IMG/VR virus record: IMGVR_UViG_3300023179_004209 | Span: 167,832-231,831 of that record | Strand: one strand, 5' to 3' | Length of the DNA stretch: 64,000 bases | Source of the DNA: a virus | Taxonomy: Duplodnaviria; Heunggongvirae; Uroviricota; Caudoviricetes | Part shown: piece by piece, positions 57,212 through 64,000 of the stretch | How the letters are laid out: each line of letters starts with the position of its first letter | How positions within the stretch are numbered: position 1 is the stretch's first letter | Program-made: the position numbers and the translations under genes | Notes under the pieces: generated by a model | What the model saw: the letters and a program-made list of their open reading frames with translations, nothing else | The model's database searches: none | Told to the model about the DNA's origin: nothing

Positions 57212-57574
57212 ATGACCAAAAGCGATCTTAAAAATATTATCAAAGGCTTAATCATTGAGTCTATCAATGAATCCAAATCCAAGAACTTTGTATCTCCAAA
57301 GAAAACAAAGAAACTCAAGGAACAAGATGAAATGCAACCAGTTGACCCACAAGCATCTGCTGAACCAGATGCAGGACAAATAGAAACACCACCGACAGCA
57401 GAAGAAACTGAGCACGCAGAACTATTGGCTCAAATTGAAAGTATCATTGGTTCACTAAATAGTCTAAAGACTAAATTAATTGGTCATTCAGAAGAAGGTG
57501 AAGAAGTAAGTGACGAAAATGAGCTTGGAGAAGAAGATTTAGAAGATGGTTCAGAAGAATCTGAACAAGTTTAA
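57212..57574 (+). CDS. Acidic hypothetical protein (MTKSDLKNIIKGLIIE motif)
   Basis: 120 aa, Glu-rich; upstream TATTTATA motif. Confidence 0.7.
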   Translation: MTKSDLKNIIKGLIIESINESKSKNFVSPKKTKKLKEQDEMQPVDPQASAEPDAGQIETPPTAEETEHAELLAQIESIIGSLNSLKTKLIGHSEEGEEVSDENELGEEDLEDGSEESEQV

Positions 57575-57596
57575 TAATTAAATAACATCATTATGA

Positions 57597-57626
57597 CCCC
57601 CCACCATAAGTGGGGGGTTTTTTATT
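57597..57626 (+). terminator. Intrinsic terminator
   Basis: CCCCCCAC-CATAA-GTGGGGGG-TTTTTT. Confidence 0.85.
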
Positions 57627-57706
57627 TAAAATGTAAAATAATTTAACTTTTCCTACATTTTATATCCTCTACATACTATTTATATATTGACAAAGAGATA
57701 ATAATT

Positions 57707-58435
57707 ATGGAAAATATACAACACGAATACTTTATATGGGAAGAAAAAAACTCAACAGACCTGAATCAGAACTTATTGAAGAAAGAAAAATCCGACAAAG
57801 AGAATTCTATCATAGAAACAAAGAACGACTCAACGCCGAAAGATTGGAAAGATATTACAGATCCAAAACTAAGAAGGAAAATACAGAAAAAAACTTGGCG
57901 GGAAAATAATAAAGAAAAAATAAGTGTTCAAAAGAAAAATTGGGATAAAATACATAAAAATGAAAGAAAAGCTTACCGTGAAGATAATAAAGAAAAAATA
58001 AAAATTAAACAGAAAATTTGGCGTGACGTTAATAAAGAAACGAGAAAAGTTAAACGAAAAATATATCGTGAAACTAATAAAAATAAAATAAAAGTTTATA
58101 ATAAAAGTAAATATAAAAACGACATTCAATATAAATTAAGTCGTAATTTAAGAGGAAGATTATACAAATCAATTAATGGCAATTTTAAAGTTGGTAGTGC
58201 GGTAAGAGATTTGGGATGTAGTGTAGAACAATTAAAACAACATCTTGAATCTAAGTTTTTACCAGGAATGAGTTGGGATAACTGGGCGCATGACGGTTGG
58301 CACATTGACCATATCAAACCATTGGATAGTTTTGATTTGACAGATAGAAACCAACTATTAGAAGCGTGTCATTACACTAATTTACAACCATTGTGGGCGA
58401 AAGACAATTTAGTTAAAAGTAATAAATTAATTTAA
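57707..58435 (+). CDS. HNH endonuclease (copy 3)
   Basis: Same HNH domain; MENIQHE start shared with copy 2. Confidence 0.85.
   Translation: MENIQHEYFIWEEKNSTDLNQNLLKKEKSDKENSIIETKNDSTPKDWKDITDPKLRRKIQKKTWRENNKEKISVQKKNWDKIHKNERKAYREDNKEKIKIKQKIWRDVNKETRKVKRKIYRETNKNKIKVYNKSKYKNDIQYKLSRNLRGRLYKSINGNFKVGSAVRDLGCSVEQLKQHLESKFLPGMSWDNWAHDGWHIDHIKPLDSFDLTDRNQLLEACHYTNLQPLWAKDNLVKSNKLI
57736..57909 (+). CDS. Overlapping alternate-frame basic peptide in HNH copy 3 (57 aa)
   Basis: MGRKKLNR...RNKERLNAERLERYYRSKTKKE. Confidence 0.65.
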   Translation: MGRKKLNRPESELIEERKIRQREFYHRNKERLNAERLERYYRSKTKKENTEKNLAGK

Positions 58436-58444
58436 TAATATTAT

Positions 58445-58477
58445 AACCCCACTAGTGTTTTATTGGTGGGGTTTTCT
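58445..58477 (+). terminator. Intrinsic terminator
   Basis: AACCCCACTAGT/ATTGGTGGGGTT stem plus TTCT. Confidence 0.65.
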
Positions 58478-58488
58478 ATTTAATATAG

Positions 58489-58860
58489 ATGTCTACAAAA
58501 ATTTACATAGATTGGGAAGATAACGATGTCTTATGGAATGAAGAAATAAGAGATTGGGAGGATGTTTATTATATTATATACGACTTGGGAGGCGCAAGAG
58601 ATCCCAGAGAATGGTGTGAACATCCATTTGATAATTATGAAAATGAATGTAAAGTAAACGAAATACGAGATCAGCTGCAAAGAAATCTAGATAGAATCAG
58701 TGAACAATATAAACAAAGACTGATTGAAGTGATGATACAGATGGGACCAGATAAGTTTAAAGATAAAAAACAATTTAATAAAAAAGATATAAAAATAACA
58801 GTTGATGACATTCAAAGTATAGCGAAAGAAGTAATTGTCAAATTAGATGAAATTAAATAA
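58489..58860 (+). CDS. Hypothetical protein
   Basis: 123 aa ORF. Confidence 0.65.
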   Translation: MSTKIYIDWEDNDVLWNEEIRDWEDVYYIIYDLGGARDPREWCEHPFDNYENECKVNEIRDQLQRNLDRISEQYKQRLIEVMIQMGPDKFKDKKQFNKKDIKITVDDIQSIAKEVIVKLDEIK

Positions 58861-58881
58861 AATTATAACTATTTATACTTT

Positions 58882-59418
58882 ATGTATACTATTCAACTTG
58901 ATACCGTTAAAAATTTTGAATGTACTTTGAAAATACAAGGTGCAAGTCTTACTAAATCCAAAGTTAACCTTGTAATTGAATCCAACGATATGGATATAAG
59001 ATGTAGGGGTACAATTAATGAAAAAGGTAAAGTATCAATACCAGTAAAGAAATTAAAAGGTATTCTTGATGAAAATTCAAAAGGTAAAATGTATTTGGAA
59101 GTAATAGCTGAAGATTCTTATTTTACACCATATAAAACAGACTATGTAACCGAATTAAGTAAAAAAGTTGATATTAGTGAAAATATAACGGTCAAATCAG
59201 TTGAAAAAATTGTAGAAGCAGAAACACAAGATATACAATGTCACGCAGGTAAAATTATAAAATCTATCACCGAGTCTAAGTTGAATATATATAATCCCGA
59301 TCATAAAGATAAAGTGTCAACATTAATTAGACAATATTTAAACAATACTAATCTAACAAAAGAAGAATATACTCAATTGATGGAAGAAGTTTTAAACGGG
59401 TTATCAATGATAATTTAA
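58882..59418 (+). CDS. Hypothetical protein
   Basis: 178 aa ORF. Confidence 0.65.
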   Translation: MYTIQLDTVKNFECTLKIQGASLTKSKVNLVIESNDMDIRCRGTINEKGKVSIPVKKLKGILDENSKGKMYLEVIAEDSYFTPYKTDYVTELSKKVDISENITVKSVEKIVEAETQDIQCHAGKIIKSITESKLNIYNPDHKDKVSTLIRQYLNNTNLTKEEYTQLMEEVLNGLSMII

Positions 59419-59419
59419 A

Positions 59420-59821
59420 ATGCAATACGATTTAACAAATAATAAAATCAGTTTTACTTACGGTAGAGTTGTACAAGTTGTATCTGGCAGTTATTATGAC
59501 GGATTTGGTAATCCATTAAATCTTCCAGGTTATCAATCCATATCTAATATTACCGCAAATACTTCCAGTTATAATGTAACATTTAATGATTATACAATAC
59601 TATGTGACGCTTCTAGTGGTTCTATGGATATTATATTACCTACACCATCATCTGGTAGCGGTAAACTATTTAATATTAAAAAAATAGACAATACTGGTAA
59701 TATGGTCAATGTATATTCCACCGATGGCTCTTACATTGATTTTTCATTAACACAAAGTCTAACAAGTAGAGGTACTAATTTAGCAGTTCAATCATCAACT
59801 ACACAATATTGGATACTATAA
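59420..59821 (+). CDS. Virion structural/fibre-type protein
   Basis: DYTILCDASSG...LP......GK.FNIKKID motif seen in phage fibre modules. Confidence 0.55.
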   Translation: MQYDLTNNKISFTYGRVVQVVSGSYYDGFGNPLNLPGYQSISNITANTSSYNVTFNDYTILCDASSGSMDIILPTPSSGSGKLFNIKKIDNTGNMVNVYSTDGSYIDFSLTQSLTSRGTNLAVQSSTTQYWIL

Positions 59822-59825
59822 TTTT

Positions 59826-61034
59826 ATGTCTTATTTTGAAAAAACACAAATACTCGCAGCAGATTCTCCAAGCATTGACGCATTTGGTAAATGGAGAGTA
59901 AGTAATCCATCCACTTTGTTTGATAGTAAACAAGTATTCAATAACAATTCATTCTTTTTTGACTCGTACAGTACAGGTTCATCCAATATAGTTTATAACA
60001 GTGGCAGCGCAAGTAGTAACTTGAATCTCACAGGCACAGGAAGAGCAATAAGACAAACAAAAAGATCATTTCATTATCAGCCTGGTAAATCTCAACAAAC
60101 TATTATTACAGGTATTTTTGGTGATGGCGTATCTGGTGTAACAAAAGGAATGGGAAGTTACGATGATAATGATGGTATTTTCTTTCAACAAAATGGAAAT
60201 AGTTTCGGCGTAACATTGAGAAAAACTATTAACGGTGTAAAAACAGATACATTTGTAAGTCAAAGCAACTGGAATGTAGATAAATTAAATGGAACTGGTC
60301 CATCTGCTCTAACATTGGATATAACAAAAGCTCAAATCTATTCAGTAGATTATGAATGGTTGGGTGTTGGTAGAGTAAGATACTATGTAGTTTTAAAAGG
60401 AGTACCAAGACTAATACACGAAATTACAAATTATAACGCATTGGATACTGTTTATATGCGTAATCCAAACTTGCCTATACGATTTGAAATAAGTGGTTCT
60501 GGTACAAGTACATTAACACAAATATGTTCTACTGTAATTAGTGAAGGTGGATTCAATGACAATGGTGAAAGAACAGTTGTACACGATGGTTACTCTGCAA
60601 TATCAGCAAGTCAATATTCAGTATTAATGTATGTTAGAATACATCCAAGTGCGTCAAATGTAACAATCATACCAGAACAATTAGATTTATTAGTATCACC
60701 TGGAAATAATGCAAAATACGGTGGTAGATGGGATTTATTATTGAATCCAACTACAACTGATACTCCAGTCTGGAGCACAGTAACAGGATCATCTGTTACA
60801 CAATTTTCAGTTCAACCTACTCCGGGATCAATTAGTAATGTTGGAAAAGTTATTGCAACTGGATACTTCGCTGGTACTGGTGGTTCCAATTTTGCAAATA
60901 ATGTCAAATTTGACCCATTTTTTGGATTGGGTAAAACATATCAAGGAACATCTGATGTATTAGCAATAGCAGTAAAACAAATTGACAATGCTTATGATAT
61001 TTACCCAACTCTGGTTGTAAGAGAACTTTTTTGA
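59826..61034 (+). CDS. Putative virion structural protein
   Basis: 402 aa; DAFGKWRVSNPSTLFDS and QTKRSFHYQPGKSQ motifs. Confidence 0.55.
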   Translation: MSYFEKTQILAADSPSIDAFGKWRVSNPSTLFDSKQVFNNNSFFFDSYSTGSSNIVYNSGSASSNLNLTGTGRAIRQTKRSFHYQPGKSQQTIITGIFGDGVSGVTKGMGSYDDNDGIFFQQNGNSFGVTLRKTINGVKTDTFVSQSNWNVDKLNGTGPSALTLDITKAQIYSVDYEWLGVGRVRYYVVLKGVPRLIHEITNYNALDTVYMRNPNLPIRFEISGSGTSTLTQICSTVISEGGFNDNGERTVVHDGYSAISASQYSVLMYVRIHPSASNVTIIPEQLDLLVSPGNNAKYGGRWDLLLNPTTTDTPVWSTVTGSSVTQFSVQPTPGSISNVGKVIATGYFAGTGGSNFANNVKFDPFFGLGKTYQGTSDVLAIAVKQIDNAYDIYPTLVVRELF

Positions 61035-61084
61035 TTTCGAGTGCTTGACTTTTTCTAAAACTCTAGTAGACTGTTGGAAGATGT

Positions 61085-61207
61085 ATGAAAACTACCATCA
61101 AAGTCCGCAAATTCTGGGGAAATCTCAATCCTGTTACGAAAAAAATTGATTCCAGCAAGATTTATTCCCGCAAACAAAAGTTTCAAAAAAAGTTTGACGG
61201 CGAGTGA
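61085..61207 (+). CDS. Small basic protein (40 aa)
   Basis: MKTTIKVRKFWGNLNPVTKKIDSSKIYSRKQKFQKKFDGE, downstream of TTGACT-16-TAGACT. Confidence 0.65.
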   Translation: MKTTIKVRKFWGNLNPVTKKIDSSKIYSRKQKFQKKFDGE

Positions 61208-61222
61208 ATCCTCCTGTATCTT
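61194..61222 (+). promoter_or_regulatory. Sigma70 promoter, near-leaderless
   Basis: TTGACG-17bp-TATCTT, ATG 9 nt downstream. Confidence 0.75.
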
Positions 61223-61231
61223 GTTTTCACG

Positions 61232-61465
61232 ATGAACGAACCAAGAATCGCTGTCAACAAGGTTACCGTCACCAAACCCATTTCCATCGAAGGCGACCTT
61301 TACATTGAAGTGCAGGTTCCTTATGGATGGGATGATGTTAAAAAGCTTGTAAACAAGGTTATTGAAGTCAATCAACTTGACTTTAGTTATACTGGTTGGA
61401 ACAGTGATAAGAATATTGCATATTTTAAACATAATCATAAGACTGTCGGTATCATCAAAAACTAA
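61232..61465 (+). CDS. Hypothetical early protein
   Basis: 77 aa with own promoter. Confidence 0.7.
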   Translation: MNEPRIAVNKVTVTKPISIEGDLYIEVQVPYGWDDVKKLVNKVIEVNQLDFSYTGWNSDKNIAYFKHNHKTVGIIKN

Positions 61466-61480
61466 CAATAAATTATCTAT

Positions 61481-61723
61481 ATGAGCATTAAATTCAATAA
61501 TGTTACCACCGCATCATTTAGTGTTAATAACTTCAAGGAAGAAATGGCAATGATGATGTTTGGTCGTAGTTTTGCACTGGCTCAAGCTGGAAAACAGTGT
61601 GTGGTTTGTGGTAAACGAGCTGAATTCTTTTCGTGTGACCGTGCTGCCCGTGAGTTCAAGATTAGTTCCATGTGCGAGCCGTGTCAGAATGAAGTCTTTG
61701 AATCTATGGCGGATGAAGCCTAA
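61481..61723 (+). CDS. Small zinc-finger protein
   Basis: CVVCG...MCEPCQ. Confidence 0.7.
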   Translation: MSIKFNNVTTASFSVNNFKEEMAMMMFGRSFALAQAGKQCVVCGKRAEFFSCDRAAREFKISSMCEPCQNEVFESMADEA

Positions 61724-61741
61724 AAATTTTTAAAAAAAGTT

Positions 61742-61770
61742 TTGACTTAGTTTGGGTTTTAAACTATTCT
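61742..61770 (+). promoter_or_regulatory. Sigma70 promoter, near-leaderless
   Basis: TTGACT-17bp-TATTCT, ATG 9 nt downstream. Confidence 0.78.
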
Positions 61771-61779
61771 GTTCTCGTT

Positions 61780-62505
61780 ATGAATGACGCTCTTATCTCC
61801 AAATTGAAGAAACTCCTTGCTCTGGCCGGTAACAACCCCAGCCAACAAGAAGCTGAAGCTGCTCTGTCCAAGGCTCAGGCTCTTGCCATTGAAAATGGTA
61901 TCGACCTGGCTTTGATTGGTTCCAATGAAAATGAGGAAGAAATTGTTCGTGAAAATATGGAGTTTGGTCAACGGCTTCCTACTGTCAATGTGTATGTTTC
62001 GAATGTTTTGACCAAGTTCTTTAATGTTCGTATTATCATTAGTGGCGGTCGTTATGGTGGTCGTAAGCTTATCTTTATTGGTAAGCAGAGTGATATCAAT
62101 ACCGCCAAGTATGTTTATACTTGGTTGAGTGAAACTATGGTCCGTTGTTGGCACAGTTATTACAAGGCCAATAGTTACACTGTTAACATTAAGCACAAAC
62201 AGAGTTATCTGTTTGGTTTTTACAATGGACTTATCAGTAAGTTGGAGTCCAATAAGAAGAGTGTTGAAAATGATAAGTTGAAGACCGAGGAACAGAAGAA
62301 TAAGTATTCTGTTGCTATTGTTAATTTGGAAAAGAAGATTCAAACTTTCATTGATAACGAGTTTGACAATCTTCGTAGTGGTGCTACTAAGCGTATTAGT
62401 ATGAATAAGGACAGTTATTCCCGTGGTTTGACTGACGGTATTAACTGTAACATTGCTAAGGGTGGTATTGGTGTTAGTAAGGCTGTTGCTCAGTTGGCTT
62501 ACTAA
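61780..62505 (+). CDS. DUF2786-domain protein
   Basis: LISKLKKLLALAGNNPSQQEAEAALSKAQAL N-terminus; C-terminal YSRGLTDG. Confidence 0.8.
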   Translation: MNDALISKLKKLLALAGNNPSQQEAEAALSKAQALAIENGIDLALIGSNENEEEIVRENMEFGQRLPTVNVYVSNVLTKFFNVRIIISGGRYGGRKLIFIGKQSDINTAKYVYTWLSETMVRCWHSYYKANSYTVNIKHKQSYLFGFYNGLISKLESNKKSVENDKLKTEEQKNKYSVAIVNLEKKIQTFIDNEFDNLRSGATKRISMNKDSYSRGLTDGINCNIAKGGIGVSKAVAQLAY

Positions 62506-62562
62506 GGTCCAAAAAGGTTTGGGGTGATCCTGAAAAACCCTGAAAATTTCTTAAAAAAAGTT

Positions 62563-62591
62563 TTGACGGATGGGTTGGTGGCTGGTATAGT
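62563..62591 (+). promoter_or_regulatory. Sigma70 promoter, near-leaderless
   Basis: TTGACG-17bp-TATAGT, ATG 9 nt downstream. Confidence 0.8.
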
Positions 62592-62600
62592 ATTCTCACG

Positions 62601-62927
62601 ATGAAGATCAAAGTTGCTGAGTACATCAAGAACAAGTTGGCGACCAATGAAGCTTGGGCTGTTAAGGCTCTGGTGAAGGTTTACACTCTTCAAACTCTGG
62701 ATGAACAGGCCACCGGTCAGACTTCCAATTTGAATGGTGTTGGATTCAACGGCCTTGATAGTAAGATTCTTTCCAGTTTTGCTGAACAAGTGAACAAGGG
62801 TCGTAATCTTAGTGCCAAACAGATGGCTATTGTATTTAAAAAGATGCCCCGTTATCATAAGCAGGTGGCTAGTTTTATTCCGGCAGAAAAGATGGTTGAG
62901 ATTGAGAAAAACTTGGCGGTTAACTAA
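62601..62927 (+). CDS. Hypothetical early protein
   Basis: 108 aa; NGVGFNGLDSKILSSFAEQ..LSAKQ. Confidence 0.75.
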   Translation: MKIKVAEYIKNKLATNEAWAVKALVKVYTLQTLDEQATGQTSNLNGVGFNGLDSKILSSFAEQVNKGRNLSAKQMAIVFKKMPRYHKQVASFIPAEKMVEIEKNLAVN

Positions 62928-62949
62928 TAACATTAAATAAACTAAATAT

Positions 62950-63162
62950 ATGAATGATGATTTGAAGGAATTGCTTGGTAAGTTGGTTGGATATACCATT
63001 GGTGTGTTGGTTGCTAATGGTATTATCATGTGGGTGTATAATATGGTTGTACCTGATGTATTTGGGTTGAAGCCTATTGGGTATTGGCAGTTGTTTGGGT
63101 TGTATATGGTTTGTCATTATTTGTTTAAGCCCCATTCGTATCCTAAGAACAAGAACAATTGA
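62950..63162 (+). CDS. Small membrane protein
   Basis: Two hydrophobic segments; WVYNMVVPDVFGLKPIGYWQ. Confidence 0.75.
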   Translation: MNDDLKELLGKLVGYTIGVLVANGIIMWVYNMVVPDVFGLKPIGYWQLFGLYMVCHYLFKPHSYPKNKNN

Positions 63163-63176
63163 TTAATAGTAATAAT

Positions 63177-63389
63177 ATGAATATGATTGATTTTGATATG
63201 ACTATTAAGGTTACCCACATTGTTTATGACACTATTGATAATGTGGATAAGGATCTTCCTACTGAGTTGGTGTTTGATATTGATGCTGATACAGATGATA
63301 TTGATGATGATATCGTTTCTGCTATTCACAATATTACTGGCTTTCGTAGGCGTGTGAAGAGTTACAAATGGACTGAGGTGGTTGATTAA
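63177..63389 (+). CDS. Small acidic protein
   Basis: ORF-track 63159-63389; ATG start at 63177 more likely. Confidence 0.65.
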   Translation: MNMIDFDMTIKVTHIVYDTIDNVDKDLPTELVFDIDADTDDIDDDIVSAIHNITGFRRRVKSYKWTEVVD

Positions 63390-63436
63390 TCAAAAAAACT
63401 GGTTGACTTTCTTTAAAACTCCTGTACTCTACATCT

Positions 63437-63607
63437 ATGAAAATTCGTTGGTATCATTGGATGGTATACCGTTTGTTTTATTGGGTATGGACTCCCATTT
63501 TCAAGAATAATCCGCAGATGGTTGAGGGCACGGTCAAACACATGACTATATGGCTCAAGACCAACAATTACCAAGTTTACAACAATAGTTTGGGTAAATT
63601 TGATTGA
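63437..63607 (+). CDS. Small hypothetical protein (56 aa)
   Basis: MKIRWYHWMVYRLFYWVW...; ATG 6 nt after TTGACT-16-TACTCT (63403-63430). Confidence 0.6.
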   Translation: MKIRWYHWMVYRLFYWVWTPIFKNNPQMVEGTVKHMTIWLKTNNYQVYNNSLGKFD

Positions 63608-63655
63608 CTTCTTAAAAAAAGCTGGTAAACTAAAAGAGTAAATTAAATAAAATAT

Positions 63656-64000
63656 ATGGCTACCCGTGGAAATATCGGTATTATCAATGAAGATGGCAGC
63701 GTTACTGGTATCTATGTTCATTGGGATGGATATCCTGAACATGTAGGAAAGCTTCTGTTGAAGTATTACAATACTACTGGTATTGTGTATGAGTTGATGG
63801 ATTTGGGTGATTTGTCTAGTTTGAACAAGAATCTCTATTGTGAAGACAACAGTCACTCGTTTGAGAATCCGGCCCCTGGAGTGTGTGTTGCTTATGGACG
63901 GGATCGTGGTGAGAAGAATGTTAATAGTAAGAAGTTTATTAGTGAGATTGAGTATAAGATGAATGGCAAAGGAGTGGATTATCAGTATCTTTTCAACAAT
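63656..64000 (+). CDS. Conserved phage protein, YxHWDGYP family (partial)
   Basis: MATRGNIG...IYVHWDGYPEHVG...LGDLSSL; open to window end. Confidence 0.75.
   Translation, partial: MATRGNIGIINEDGSVTGIYVHWDGYPEHVGKLLLKYYNTTGIVYELMDLGDLSSLNKNLYCEDNSHSFENPAPGVCVAYGRDRGEKNVNSKKFISEIEYKMNGKGVDYQYLFNN

Noticed and set aside
1405-63856. Numerous antisense or shadow ORFs (e.g. 14807-15286, 34612-35049, 42510-43268, 53126-53638, 61759-62343, 62502-63029)
   Set aside because: They lie opposite well-supported genes and are explained by stop-poor reverse frames
1-64000. Stop-codon reassignment
   Set aside because: Long genes are intact under code 11, TAG and TGA act as real stops, and no CTA or TCA anticodon suppressor tRNA is present (Ser-TGA reads UCA)

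Overview
A 64-kb, AT-rich segment of a large tailed-phage genome (myovirus-like; standard code 11; host not determinable here). 1-21.9 kb (- strand): virion baseplate and tail module (gp6-like and gp25-like wedge, gp5-like hub/spike, fibre-like proteins), a sigma-like factor, Hsp20, a glycosyltransferase and PhoH. 22.5-33.9 kb (- strand): a tmRNA and two tRNA arrays (11 tRNAs; about 20 tRNAs plus several tRNA-like RNAs). The arrays flank envelope-type cargo genes (beta-helix protein, outer-membrane barrel, SNase, Tat-exported tyrosinase). 34-38.4 kb: transcriptional divergence zone with near-leaderless sigma70 early genes and a strand-composition flip. 38.5-64 kb (mostly + strand): three HNH endonucleases with overlapping alternate-frame ORFs, an array of 11 LRR-like proteins (9 with a 10-aa capsid-targeting-like N-terminal tag), a lipid-remodelling-like trio, a restriction/modification-like pair plus a Mom-like gene, further virion genes and early genes. 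Headline finding: each tRNA array is preceded by a short leader-peptide ORF, a mutually exclusive antiterminator/terminator and a shared structured leader RNA. Each leader peptide is built almost exclusively from the amino acids whose tRNAs lie in its own downstream array. This suggests a ribosome-sensing attenuation system controlling phage tRNA supply.
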